A stretch of 64,000 bases of DNA from a virus. The DNA lies in UHGV virus genome UHGV-0064883; one strand, 5' to 3'. Every line of letters begins with the position of its first letter. The first letter of the stretch is position 1. The notes under the pieces are model-generated. The model ran no database searches and had not been told where the DNA came from. It saw nothing but the letters and a program-made list of their open reading frames with translations. A program made the translations under genes and the position numbers. Below, piece by piece: positions 37,425 through 46,802 of the stretch.

Positions 37425-37426
37425 TC

Positions 37427-38029
37427 ATGAAACCCGCTATGCAATCTCAAATGACTGATTTACTGCACGACGCTGACCGCCTTTCAGAAGAGGCGTACCG
37501 TTCCCGGCTGCGCTATCTGGGCAGGCTGGTTGATTCGCCCCAAAATGCCCCTACAGTGCGGAAAGTGCGGAATATGGGCGCCAAACGCTGGAACAGCCTG
37601 ATTCAGCTCGTACATGCTGTGTGCATTGCTTCCGATGAGCCTCTGGGGCTTCATGACCGGAACTGGCTGGAATCGGCGCTAGGCTACACGGCGTTGCATG
37701 TGTTTATTTCCGCCGGAAACCGGAGGCTGATGTTTATCCAGATTATGCTGGACGAGCTGTTTTCCGGGCGGGAATTCGCGGGCTTTGACCGCATCATTGC
37801 CCTTGTGGCCAAAGAGGCTCCCATTGTATATAATGGTTCCGGGCTTTATTACCATATCCCCCCGGTAATCCGTCAGGAGCTGGAACTAAACGCGGGAAGA
37901 GGAAGCGGCGCCAGCGTCCGAAAAAATCTGGAAGACAGCATCCGGCATTTGGACGGCATCAGCCGGAAATGCACGGGTGTTCCCGTTATCACCCATATGC
38001 TTTACTATGGCCTCCGTTTGTTCTCCTGA
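37427..38029 (+). CDS. Hypothetical protein (possibly the N-terminal part of a split methyltransferase-like gene)
   Basis: 200 aa. Overlaps the next ORF by about 50 nt in a different frame. Confidence 0.4.
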   Translation: MKPAMQSQMTDLLHDADRLSEEAYRSRLRYLGRLVDSPQNAPTVRKVRNMGAKRWNSLIQLVHAVCIASDEPLGLHDRNWLESALGYTALHVFISAGNRRLMFIQIMLDELFSGREFAGFDRIIALVAKEAPIVYNGSGLYYHIPPVIRQELELNAGRGSGASVRKNLEDSIRHLDGISRKCTGVPVITHMLYYGLRLFS

Positions 38030-38156
38030 TTCCCGGCCCGTTGAGGGCAGTCTGGTAAAACCGGGCTTTTACTCTGTGCTGGAAAAATTGCCGCTGGTGG
38101 AATACATAGGCCCCTCCGAACGGTTTTTCCTGTGGTTGGAATTTGCTTTTTCCGCC

Positions 38157-38783
38157 ATGTCCGGAACGCCCCTGAATTCTTCCGTTACCGAAAAAATGAG
38201 CGCGGGAAGGGAAGGTTATGAGGCTATCCAGCGCGGGTTTCTGGACTGCATCAGGCTTCTTGGAGACGACATGGAGCGGAAGCCCTATGAAGACCTGCTG
38301 GGAGACTATCATGAAATGTTGAACAGTCGGATGACCCGGACGGCAAACGGTCAATTTTATACCCCAATGCCGGTCTGCCGTCTTATGGCTAAAATCACCG
38401 TATCGAAACAGCTTGCGGAAAAACTGAAACTTGGGGAAGTGATACAGATGAACGAACCCGCCTGCGGCTCCGGGCGCAATATGCTTGCCGTAGCGGAAAT
38501 ACTTTCCGAACATCGCTCCAAGCTGCGTGTGACTTGCACCGATATTGACATCCGGGCCTGCTGGATGTGCTTCATCAACTTGACCATGTGGGGCATCCCG
38601 GCAACAGTCATCCACGGGGATGCGCTGTCCGGGAAAGAGTGGGGGCGCTGGGTCAATATGTTTTGGCTGATTGGAGAGGCAGAACGGAAACGCCAGCTCA
38701 AGGTTAAAAAAATCATAGACGCAGTGCAGAAGCTTTGCCCTGATGAACAAAATATTCCGGCATTTCCCCGGTGCAGAGACTAA
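38157..38783 (+). CDS. N6-adenine DNA methyltransferase-like protein lacking the catalytic (D/N)PP(Y/F) motif
   Basis: Motif X GQFYTP, motif I EPACGSGRNML, motif II-like TCTDID and motif III-like IHGDAL are present, but no NPPY/DPPY follows. The longer ORF 37977-38783 overlaps the previous gene. Confidence 0.45.
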   Translation: MSGTPLNSSVTEKMSAGREGYEAIQRGFLDCIRLLGDDMERKPYEDLLGDYHEMLNSRMTRTANGQFYTPMPVCRLMAKITVSKQLAEKLKLGEVIQMNEPACGSGRNMLAVAEILSEHRSKLRVTCTDIDIRACWMCFINLTMWGIPATVIHGDALSGKEWGRWVNMFWLIGEAERKRQLKVKKIIDAVQKLCPDEQNIPAFPRCRD

Positions 38784-38803
38784 CAAAAAACCTAACAAAA
38801 AAA

Positions 38804-39382
38804 ATGAAAGCTAAGAAAAGAGTATTTACCCCGGAAATGCGGGAAGAAATCCGCACGTTTATTACCGACATGATTAGCCGGGGGGCGGCCTATAATTCCA
38901 TTGATTTTATCCTGGATTCCCTGGCCGACGATATTAAATCCCTCCGGGAATCCCCAGACTTGTCGCGGAAAGCGGAAACGGAAACCGCCATTGCCTGGTG
39001 CGAGGAACTTTGCAAGCATATTGCGCGTTTGCGCGGAAAATATAACTCCGTAAAAAATCCGTATGACGAAGGTCTGGCGGCCTGCAACGTATTGGCTCAA
39101 ATCAGGATAGACTTGCTGGAACGGTCCACCTCGAAAGAATTTCACCGTAATAACAGCCCGGACGGGAAGACACCGCGGTCAAGCCCTAATATCAATTATG
39201 AGCTTTGCATCGCCATCACGTCCGCTGCGATAAATAACCTGTACCGTCAGATTGATGCGGCGGTGAATTTGCATAACATGAATATCCTCCTGGGCTTTTA
39301 CGACGACATCCAGAATGACCGAATCACGCCCCATCTTACCGGATGGGGAGGAAGCCCTGCCGGGGAACCTGAAACCCGTTAA
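38804..39382 (+). CDS. Hypothetical protein
   Basis: Internal ATG of ORF 38771 (MKAKKRVFTPEM...). Confidence 0.4.
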   Translation: MKAKKRVFTPEMREEIRTFITDMISRGAAYNSIDFILDSLADDIKSLRESPDLSRKAETETAIAWCEELCKHIARLRGKYNSVKNPYDEGLAACNVLAQIRIDLLERSTSKEFHRNNSPDGKTPRSSPNINYELCIAITSAAINNLYRQIDAAVNLHNMNILLGFYDDIQNDRITPHLTGWGGSPAGEPETR

Positions 39383-39410
39383 GTTTACTTAAACAGTAAA
39401 AAAGAAAAAG

Positions 39411-40043
39411 ATGAATACAGCACCGAAAAAACATTCCTGGGTAAGCTGGTTTTACCCGTTTCCCGCTCATTGCGTTATCCTGAACCGGCTATTCTGCCGG
39501 CTGGCAATAGCGAGTCTGGCGCTTCTGGCCGTCCTGCCCCTTTACTGGCTTTTCTTCCCGGACTTGTGGGAGGGCTGGGTGACGGAAGGGCAGACCATAT
39601 ATTGGATGCTGATTGCCGTTATTTCTGCGGTGGAATGTTCCGACGTCTGGATTTCCCGGTTGAAAATATCCTTGTTCCGGAGGCATTGCTCCAAGAAAAA
39701 AATGCACGATTTATATTTCCGGCAGCAGGTACGGCAGCTTATTATCCAGGAGCGGGGCGTAGTTTACTTTTCCGACTATTTAATCGACGGAGAATTTACG
39801 CGGAAGCATTTTTTATTTTTATACTGGGAATTTAAATGGGGCCGTTTTCTGGCTTTCCGGGAACCCTGGAAAGTGTATGTTGTGATGCACGAGGATAAGG
39901 ATTGTGCGTCTATTTTTTCCCGCGATACCTCTTCGGATTTTCATTTGGAGCTTGCTAGACATTTGCCGAGCATTAAAATGGCCGACGCACACGTTTGTGG
40001 CCGCGCCATTTCTATCGACTATGACCATCCCGCTGTTCCGTAA
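39411..40043 (+). CDS. Hypothetical membrane protein
   Basis: Two or three N-terminal TM helices, e.g. LAIASLALLAVLPLYWLFF and IYWMLIAVISAV. Confidence 0.4.
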   Translation: MNTAPKKHSWVSWFYPFPAHCVILNRLFCRLAIASLALLAVLPLYWLFFPDLWEGWVTEGQTIYWMLIAVISAVECSDVWISRLKISLFRRHCSKKKMHDLYFRQQVRQLIIQERGVVYFSDYLIDGEFTRKHFLFLYWEFKWGRFLAFREPWKVYVVMHEDKDCASIFSRDTSSDFHLELARHLPSIKMADAHVCGRAISIDYDHPAVP

Positions 40044-40488
40044 AAAAAAATATGTGCCGAATCCTGATTTAATTTTTCCCGATACGCAGGATGAATATCT
40101 GTTCAGATTCCGGGAAGCCTCAATGGCTCACAAGGCTATCCATTTTGAGATAACCGGGTATCCGGGGGATTCAAGGGCGTTTTTGTACAAAGTCCACCAC
40201 CTCGACGGCACTTGCATGGAGCACCGCTGCCCCAACAGGCGGGCAGTTAGCCGCCTGTCCGCTTATGACGATTTGTTCTCAATATACTGCAACCGGAAAT
40301 TTTGGTTGTACATCAAAGACTACGTTGACCCCAAGTGGTTCCGCTCCATGAGCACGATTTTATTTCTGGCCGCGAAAAAGGGGCATCGGATGCGCCGGGA
40401 AGACTTGATTCATAAAGTGTTTTTGGAGGGCTACTGCTACGACCCGGATGTCGATTACGACGGGTTGACGGTGGCTTTATTTTCCTGA
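40021..40488 (+). CDS. Hypothetical protein
   Basis: ATG within ORF 39904-40488 (MTIPLFRKKK...). Overlaps the previous gene by 23 nt. Confidence 0.35.
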   Translation: MTIPLFRKKKYVPNPDLIFPDTQDEYLFRFREASMAHKAIHFEITGYPGDSRAFLYKVHHLDGTCMEHRCPNRRAVSRLSAYDDLFSIYCNRKFWLYIKDYVDPKWFRSMSTILFLAAKKGHRMRREDLIHKVFLEGYCYDPDVDYDGLTVALFS

Positions 40489-40503
40489 TAGACTTCCCGG
40501 CAT

Positions 40504-41358
40504 ATGGCAACTGATAATGATGACGAGTTTTCCGGTTTTTTCGGGGACGATTCCGGCGGCTTTTTCGACGAACCCCAGGAACCTTCCAGCGCCCCAGATA
40601 CCCCGGAATCACAGGAGGAAGCCCCGCCGGAGGAACCTGATGAGGACGAGGATGACGGGGAACTTAATGAGCTTGCCGGGACTGGCGCCGGAACGGTCGC
40701 ACGCCTGAACCCGGAGATTCGGCATCAGATTATGGCCCAAGCTAATTCCCGCGCCTGGACGCGCCATGAACGCCATGTTGTCATGCGCCGGGCCATGTCG
40801 GCGGGAAAGCTGGAAGAGATTATTGACTGGTACCCGCGTTCCGGACAGAGCATCCACATTTTATCCTGCGGGGAAGTAGATTTGTTTTCCTACCTTCATT
40901 TCATGCTTCGGCAACGCCCCTATGCCTATATTTTGCTTTCGACATTTAGCTTAGGTTATATGGAAATTCGCAACCTGCACGAATATCTGGAAAAAGGAGT
41001 GATTGGCCGCCTGGATGTGTACGCTGGAAGTATCTTCCGCAACCGGACTATCCGGACGCGGGAATATGATGCGCTGGTTGCCCTGCATCAGAGATTTCCG
41101 CATTGTTTTTGCGGTCTGGCAAATGTCCACGCGAAAGTCATTGCCGGGATTGACCGAGATAACGGGGAAGGTGATTTTGTCGTGGAGGCCAGCGCTAACG
41201 CCAACCTGAATTTCCGTGTTGAGCAGGCTTGTCTGACGATGGACACCGATTTGGCGCTTTTTTACAAGGAGGCGTTTGACGGCGTGGATTGCCCGCAGGA
41301 TGCCCAGTATTTTAAGAATGTGAGACGGACTCCGTGGGTGGTTGATCGGAAAAGCTGA
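40504..41358 (+). CDS. Hypothetical protein with acidic N-terminus
   Basis: 284 aa. The N-terminus is rich in D, E, F and G. Confidence 0.45.
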   Translation: MATDNDDEFSGFFGDDSGGFFDEPQEPSSAPDTPESQEEAPPEEPDEDEDDGELNELAGTGAGTVARLNPEIRHQIMAQANSRAWTRHERHVVMRRAMSAGKLEEIIDWYPRSGQSIHILSCGEVDLFSYLHFMLRQRPYAYILLSTFSLGYMEIRNLHEYLEKGVIGRLDVYAGSIFRNRTIRTREYDALVALHQRFPHCFCGLANVHAKVIAGIDRDNGEGDFVVEASANANLNFRVEQACLTMDTDLALFYKEAFDGVDCPQDAQYFKNVRRTPWVVDRKS

Positions 41359-41493
41359 TTTGCAATCATTGCAAATTTTTCCCGGCAATCCTGATTTTTT
41401 CTCTTGCAATTTGTCAAAAAGAATGCTAACTTATATTCATCAAAGGGAGATAAAACCTTAAAAATAAAAAACCTAAAAACCTGTTAGAATAAG
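41358..41493 (+). promoter_or_regulatory. Palindrome (copy 11) plus conserved promoter/leader cassette
   Basis: ATTTGCAATCATTGCAAAT, then TTGCAA-17nt-TAACTT, then CATTCATCAAAGGGAGATAAAACCTT (stem AAGG/CCTT), then an A-rich leader. Confidence 0.5.
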
Positions 41494-41766
41494 ATGACCG
41501 GAATTACATTGCAAGACGGAGTTTCAGAAATCAATAAGTATTTTCAGAAGTATTGCCGCCCCAGTAAGGTGCGTAACGCTTCCCTTATTTCTCAGCGTTC
41601 CGTAATGATAAAGGCAGACCCCAGTGACATCAAAGACGATTCCAGCTGTGATAAGGCCCTCCGCCATTTGAAGCAGCTCGTGCAGGACATGACTTGCATG
41701 GAGGTGGAATCCGTGGATATTGACCGCTATTCCAGCGGGTACGAGTTCACTTTTACCCTGCGTTGA
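41494..41766 (+). CDS. Small hypothetical protein (cassette-driven)
   Basis: 90 aa. Confidence 0.4.
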   Translation: MTGITLQDGVSEINKYFQKYCRPSKVRNASLISQRSVMIKADPSDIKDDSSCDKALRHLKQLVQDMTCMEVESVDIDRYSSGYEFTFTLR

Positions 41767-41824
41767 TTTTTGCATTGCGGAGGGGGAACAATCCCCCTCC
41801 GGGAATAAAAATCTGACAGCAACT

Positions 41825-42046
41825 ATGGAGCCGCAGCGGGACAGGGACGGGTACTGGCGCAGTTTATCGGAATCTATCAATAAAATTGCGGAAGACTACC
41901 GGCTATCCAGAGCCGAGCTTGAACAGAGCGCAATTGCTTTTCACCGCGCCGCGCAGCAGCTGCTGGAACTGCGGAAAAAGTCAAGCAATCCTCCCAAGTC
42001 TCCGGAAGTAATAGTACGTCGGGTTCCGCGTAAATTCCGCGGCTAA
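41825..42046 (+). CDS. Small hypothetical protein
   Basis: Internal ATG of ORF 41720 (MEPQRDRDGYW...), 73 aa. Confidence 0.3.
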   Translation: MEPQRDRDGYWRSLSESINKIAEDYRLSRAELEQSAIAFHRAAQQLLELRKKSSNPPKSPEVIVRRVPRKFRG

Positions 42047-42075
42047 ATGACAGTTTTTTTAACAAAAATATAAAT

Positions 42076-42408
42076 ATGGAAGACGAGCCGAAAATTACAT
42101 CACCAAGAAAAATTAAACCGGTGTTCCGGAAATGGGGATTTGACTACCGCCTAATCCGGAGGCAGGGGAACGTGGTCTTGTACGAGCAGAAATCCAAATA
42201 CGGGAATATCATATCGTATGAGGTCATGCGCGTCCAAACGGTCAAGTCCCCCACGGAGTTTCATCAGGTCGGCGACGAGTACCTTCCCGGAACCAACTCC
42301 TGGGGAACTCTGGGCTGGACACTCGGCACGCTGAAAGATGCTGAAAAGCGTTTTGCCGAAATAGTGTACCGGTATGAGCCTTCCGAGGTAAAAATCTCAA
42401 GACGCTAG
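42076..42408 (+). CDS. Hypothetical protein
   Basis: 110-aa ORF behind an A-rich leader. Confidence 0.4.
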   Translation: MEDEPKITSPRKIKPVFRKWGFDYRLIRRQGNVVLYEQKSKYGNIISYEVMRVQTVKSPTEFHQVGDEYLPGTNSWGTLGWTLGTLKDAEKRFAEIVYRYEPSEVKISRR

Positions 42409-42428
42409 CGCGGGCTGGCTACCGACTG

Positions 42429-42602
42429 ATGTTTCTGCAGTTTTTAGCTTCCGGGGCCGTGACAGTTCTAGGCGCTCAAATGTTGCTTTGCACCTTTTCC
42501 TGCATCAGACACCGGATGCCGGTTGGAGCAATCCTTAACTGGCTGGCGGGCATTGCGCTGATTAAATGCGGGTATTATTTATTACTGGATATTTTCATGT
42601 AG
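42429..42602 (+). CDS. Possible small membrane protein (57 aa, below the ORF-track cutoff)
   Basis: Read directly from the sequence: MFLQFLASGAVTVLGAQMLLCTFSCIRHRMPVGAILNWLAGIALIKCGYYLLLDIFM. Confidence 0.25.
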   Translation: MFLQFLASGAVTVLGAQMLLCTFSCIRHRMPVGAILNWLAGIALIKCGYYLLLDIFM

Positions 42603-42609
42603 TTAAAAA

Positions 42610-42720
42610 ATTATTTTTTGTGCTTTTTATCTTGCAATTTCTGAAAGATAATACTAAAGTACATTCATCGAGGGGAGAGAAAAACCCTGAGAATAAAAAC
42701 CTGAAATATAATAAAACACG
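42610..42720 (+). promoter_or_regulatory. Promoter/leader cassette without the palindrome
   Basis: TTGCAA-17nt-TAAAGT, then CATTCATCGAGGGGAGAGAAAAACCCT (stem AGGG/CCCT), then an A-rich leader to the ATG. Confidence 0.45.
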
Positions 42721-43104
42721 ATGAGCAACAATTATTGTTTAAAAGCTTCCGGCAAGCAGATTGTCGAACTCGCGCGGTTAATGGATGTGCATTCCAGACG
42801 CACCGGATTTGATGAGCCGATATTGTACCTGGGAGATGCCTGCCGCCTGGAACCCATTCCCTACTCCAAAGTGTATGCGACTTGCGACACGCCCCGGATA
42901 TTTTCCGCATGTCTGGTGGATGAATCCAGCTCCCATGACCTGATGGAGCTGACTGACCTGTTTGGTGTGGTAGGCTTGTTCCCTCATCACCCCCGGCTGC
43001 TTCCGTCTTATTTCAGCACGCAAAAATTAAAGTTCTGCGGGGAATATGTCTCCGTATATTGCGCGTATATTTACGTTCCTGAACATCCTGATTTTTTGCA
43101 ATGA
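42721..43104 (+). CDS. Hypothetical protein
   Basis: 127-aa ORF. Confidence 0.4.
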   Translation: MSNNYCLKASGKQIVELARLMDVHSRRTGFDEPILYLGDACRLEPIPYSKVYATCDTPRIFSACLVDESSSHDLMELTDLFGVVGLFPHHPRLLPSYFSTQKLKFCGEYVSVYCAYIYVPEHPDFLQ

Positions 43105-43112
43105 TTGCAAAT
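43094..43112. repeat. 19-bp palindrome TTTTGCAATGATTGCAAAT (copy 12)
   Basis: Overlaps the stop of the previous gene; 37 nt before the next ATG. Confidence 0.85.
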
Positions 43113-43149
43113 TCAAAAACTTTTTTATCAATTACAATAATTTAATTTT

Positions 43150-44217
43150 ATGAAGTTCTACACGAAAATCCCTAAGAATCCTTCCAACGTTTCCCACACC
43201 TCTTCCCTTACAGGCGAATACCAGGATTATCTTGAACATGGGTTTGTTTACGATAAACTTCCGGCTTACAAACCAAAGCGAGGAACGCTTTTCCAGGCGC
43301 TTTCCTCCATAGCAGGGTTGAAAGCTACCTGGAATCCGGGCTACTTTTCTCCGGTAGTGCATAATAATATCGCTTACGCTACAAACGGTCGTATTCTGGT
43401 CTGGATAGACCTGTCTCTGGTGGACGAGGCGGAAAGAATGGATGAAGGCATTCATTTTAATCCGACATTGTGGGCAGGAGACCTGGACAGGACGGAAATG
43501 GTGGAAGCTTCCATTTGTCGGCTGGCAGAATCCAGCTGGGGCGAGTTTAAACAACTGCTGGAAAAATCCGGGGAAGCCGATTACGTCACACGGCAATTCC
43601 GCATTGAGCATATGCCGGTGCTGAAAAAAGCCGGGCAAAGTTTTTATTGCCTGGATGAGGGCACACAGGCAGTTTGGGCCACAGTCAATATCCCGGTATG
43701 TCCGATTGTCCACGTATCAAGTGCGTCCCTATACACGTGGATGGATGCCGTTTATTCCCTGATGCCGGAAAAACAGTTTCCCGCCATTACCGCGCACCTG
43801 TCCGTTCCGAAGGAATCCGGGCGGAAAAATAGCATCTATCTATCCGTGGAAGGGTTTGAATACAACCGGCTTGGCGCCCTCGTTTATGGTACTGACCATT
43901 TTCCGGAAAGGCTGACCTACCTATGGACTGACCCGGATGCGGATTCCAAAGCCGGAGGGCTGACTTTGCCGATACAAAAAGACCCGGAGAACGATGGCCC
44001 AAGATGGAGTGAAGCGCGTCTTGTCCCTGTACATAACCCGACGGACCGTTCCATGATTATTTCCGTGCCGGGAAGAGTAAGTGATTGCGTCCAGGTAAAA
44101 GGAAACAATGGAGGCCCGGAACTGCATTTTTACTGTGATGAGCGTTCTATGCGCCGGTTTTATCAGTCTTTAGGGGAATACTTTAGCCGACGGGACGCGG
44201 AAAAAAGTGAATCATAA
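43150..44217 (+). CDS. Hypothetical protein
   Basis: 355-aa ORF with no recognised motif. Confidence 0.45.
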   Translation: MKFYTKIPKNPSNVSHTSSLTGEYQDYLEHGFVYDKLPAYKPKRGTLFQALSSIAGLKATWNPGYFSPVVHNNIAYATNGRILVWIDLSLVDEAERMDEGIHFNPTLWAGDLDRTEMVEASICRLAESSWGEFKQLLEKSGEADYVTRQFRIEHMPVLKKAGQSFYCLDEGTQAVWATVNIPVCPIVHVSSASLYTWMDAVYSLMPEKQFPAITAHLSVPKESGRKNSIYLSVEGFEYNRLGALVYGTDHFPERLTYLWTDPDADSKAGGLTLPIQKDPENDGPRWSEARLVPVHNPTDRSMIISVPGRVSDCVQVKGNNGGPELHFYCDERSMRRFYQSLGEYFSRRDAEKSES

Positions 44218-44287
44218 ATAGCCGCAGGGGAACTCCGGGGAGGATTATTTCCCCGGAGCTTTTTTATTCCTTTCGATTTCCTTCCCC

Positions 44288-44429
44288 ATTTGCAACGATT
44301 GCAAATTTTTTTCTCAAAAAAGATTCTTTTTTCTCTTGCAATTTATAAAAAATAATACTAAATTGCATTCATCAAAGGGAGGGAAACGTCCCAAGAATAA
44401 AAAACCTAAAAACCTAAATTACTGATACC
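44288..44429 (+). promoter_or_regulatory. Palindrome (copy 13, ATTTGCAACGATTGCAAAT) plus conserved promoter/leader cassette
   Basis: TTGCAA-17nt-TAAATT, then CATTCATCAAAGGGAGGGAAACGTCCC (stem GGGA/TCCC), then an A-rich leader. Confidence 0.55.
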
Positions 44430-44690
44430 ATGAATGCTAAAACCGAAACCAAAACGACAATGTACAAATGGACTGCTTGCAACCCTTACAACTACCTCAA
44501 TGGAGTTGTAGAAGCCCGCACTTTGCTTGGAGCTGTCCGGGCGGGGCGCAAGTATGTGGAAGGTGAACTTGGCGGCGAGGGAGAAATCCGCATCTGGGAA
44601 AGCATTGACGGAGGCCGCACATGGAAGCTGGTGAGGACGGATGAAAAAGGCATCCTTTCCATGACTGGATGGGCAGTTCGGCACGAGTAA
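44430..44690 (+). CDS. Small protein, paralog family A (with 55432-55683)
   Basis: YKWTA...TLLGAVRAGRKYVEGEL...ESIDGGRTWKLV aligns with the product of 55432-55683. Confidence 0.45.
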   Translation: MNAKTETKTTMYKWTACNPYNYLNGVVEARTLLGAVRAGRKYVEGELGGEGEIRIWESIDGGRTWKLVRTDEKGILSMTGWAVRHE

Positions 44691-44767
44691 TCGTGCCTTT
44701 CCCCTCCTATTTTTAATTAACCAAGCAAAAAGATATATCAAGCAAAAAAAACGAAAGGAACTGAAAC

Positions 44768-44938
44768 ATGTATAAAATGTGCCGTGATTGCAGTTGGAGA
44801 GACCAGGAAGACGGCTGTTGCTGGAATTCGCGAAGCTTTCGATACCTTACCGAAGTGGACGAAGATGAGGAAATCTGCGAAGAATACACGAACCGGATGA
44901 AGAAACCCAGGACGCGTAATGGTAATGAAAACTCCTAA
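44768..44938 (+). CDS. Possible small Cys-containing protein (56 aa, below the ORF-track cutoff)
   Basis: MYKMCRDCSWRDQEDGCCWNSRSF... Overlaps the next gene start by 14 nt. Confidence 0.25.
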   Translation: MYKMCRDCSWRDQEDGCCWNSRSFRYLTEVDEDEEICEEYTNRMKKPRTRNGNENS

Positions 44939-45290
44939 ATGCTGGATGTGCGGACAAAAGCTGACCACAAACTGGGTACCTTCTGTGGTGGATTATCACA
45001 CCGGATGCTACCGCGTTGGATGCCGTCATTGCGGCTGGGCAACTTATCTTACAAGTGCAACGGAGGAACAGGCGATAGATTCCGCGAAAGAATTCATGGC
45101 GAAAATTCCTCCCACCATGCGGGTGCGGGAAGGGGACACCGTCCTCATGCGGTTCGGGGAAGAGGTCAAAAGTGCAAAAATACGAGCCGTAACCAATACG
45201 ACTTTGTTTGAAACCGATGAAGGAATCGTATTCCCGGACAGCATCGAAAAATGGCCCTGGGAATTTGAACAGAAAGGAGGGGATAAATAA
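44925..45290 (+). CDS. Zinc-ribbon protein, paralog family C (copy 1 of 3)
   Basis: MKTPKCWMCGQKL...C-x-x-C, then FMAKIPPTMRVREGDT, then C-terminal WPWEFEQ. Shared with the genes at 56824 and 57165. Confidence 0.45.
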   Translation: MKTPKCWMCGQKLTTNWVPSVVDYHTGCYRVGCRHCGWATYLTSATEEQAIDSAKEFMAKIPPTMRVREGDTVLMRFGEEVKSAKIRAVTNTTLFETDEGIVFPDSIEKWPWEFEQKGGDK

Positions 45291-45538
45291 TGAAACGGAA
45301 CCCTCACATCATCGTCCAGCAGGTCTGCCCCATGAAGAAAACCGACGATGGGAAATATGAAGTTCAGGCCGCGATTGTGCACCACAAAGGGATTATCGCC
45401 CGCTATCGCATGGAGTACCCCACGAAACGGCATGCCCGGTGGGCGCAGCACCTTATTTGCACGACAAAAAATCATACACGTCTGCGAGTATTTGGTGAAT
45501 TAAAGGCTATCATTGACGGAAAGGAGAATAAACAATGA
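45290..45538 (+). CDS. Small hypothetical protein
   Basis: 82 aa. ATGA overlap with the previous stop. Confidence 0.35.
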   Translation: MKRNPHIIVQQVCPMKKTDDGKYEVQAAIVHHKGIIARYRMEYPTKRHARWAQHLICTTKNHTRLRVFGELKAIIDGKENKQ

Positions 45539-45918
45539 TGCGGAACACATTTTACTGGGAGGCCGCCCGGTACATATCTGTGGCAGTCATACCCGGCGCG
45601 GGGGCAAGGTATTTCACTTATGTCAACGAATCTGACGCACGCCGCCATGAAACCAGCATGAGGGAGTGGCACGGCTCCCAGGGCAGAATCACATATTACA
45701 CCATCCAAGACGCCGGGAACATCCTGCGTGCGGCGGAACATTGGACCATGTGCCGGGATTGTAAACGATGCCGCCCCTCCCAGCCCCATCTTCACCAACC
45801 AGGGAAGCAGCATGAATGCGACCTCCTGGGAACGGATGGGCACTGGTACGTGGACCCGGAGAAGGATGGCTGCACCTGGGGAACCAGAAAGGAGGAAGAA
45901 AATGAAACTAAATCCTGA
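45535..45918 (+). CDS. Small Cys-rich hypothetical protein
   Basis: 127 aa. MCRDCKRC...C cluster. ATGA overlap. Confidence 0.35.
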   Translation: MMRNTFYWEAARYISVAVIPGAGARYFTYVNESDARRHETSMREWHGSQGRITYYTIQDAGNILRAAEHWTMCRDCKRCRPSQPHLHQPGKQHECDLLGTDGHWYVDPEKDGCTWGTRKEEENETKS

Positions 45919-46258
45919 ACAGAAGACTGTTTATGAATATGGAAAAGCAGTCAAGGACCTCAGCAACATAATTAAAGAGATTCGCAATAAGGCCCGAATG
46001 CAGTTTGCAACGGAGTATCACGAGCTACCTCTACAATATCGTGCAGAGTTATTGAATTATTTTGGTTTTGAGACCTTTGTTGATGAAGTTCGATATAGGC
46101 GGGCCGAGTGCCGGGCGTTTATGGTCCCAAATGACTGTAGCAAGTGTATTCACTTTCCCAATAAATATCCCGGTTGGAAATGTGTCGGCTGTAAATGGGA
46201 TATATCTTACAAAAATGTTAAATCACGTTGGGAACCAAGAAAAGAGAACGAAAACTAA
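45901..46258 (+). CDS. Cys-cluster protein, paralog family B (with 56076-56636)
   Basis: MKLNPEQKTVYEYGKAV... parallels MKLTLEQKAFYEYGRAV at 56076. CSKCIHF...CVGC cluster. Confidence 0.4.
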
Positions 46259-46647
46259 TGAAAAAGACTATTGAACAAACAGCCTTTTATTGGTATGGGT
46301 ACTATAAAGCCTGCCTGAAATTAAAAATTAAAGAGGCCCGTAATTATGCTGAGTGTGAATACGAGAGACAATACAGTGAGCTGACACCAGCGGGGCGGGA
46401 AGAGTGTTTGGTATATGCCGGGGTTAGGTCTTACATCATTCTGACCAGAAGGGCACGCCGCTCATGCCGGTTATTTGGCATACCCAGCGCTGAACGGTCA
46501 TGCGTTAATTGCGCGTATGTCGATTTATTGCATTACCAGCCGCCATGCAATAACTGCCTTCGTTCCCCGTATGCCGTGCACGGAGAAACGACCGACGACG
46601 CCTGGAAGCCGATTGGAAAATGGCAAAACCCATACAAGCGGGCTTGA
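46258..46647 (+). CDS. Small Cys-rich hypothetical protein
   Basis: Internal ATG of ORF 46228. C-x-x-C...C-x-x-C motifs. Confidence 0.35.
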   Translation: MKKTIEQTAFYWYGYYKACLKLKIKEARNYAECEYERQYSELTPAGREECLVYAGVRSYIILTRRARRSCRLFGIPSAERSCVNCAYVDLLHYQPPCNNCLRSPYAVHGETTDDAWKPIGKWQNPYKRA

Positions 46648-46802
46648 TTTTTCAGCCTGTAGAATATAAGCTGGGGCCGTTTCCCCCGGCAGAAAAAGGG
46701 AAAGGGGAACAGGCGTTCTTTCTTTCCTTTTTTTCAGGTTTGTAATTTGCGTTGGTATTGCCGCAAGCCGCAAGGGGGAATGGAAAGACAGATACCCCCG
46801 CC

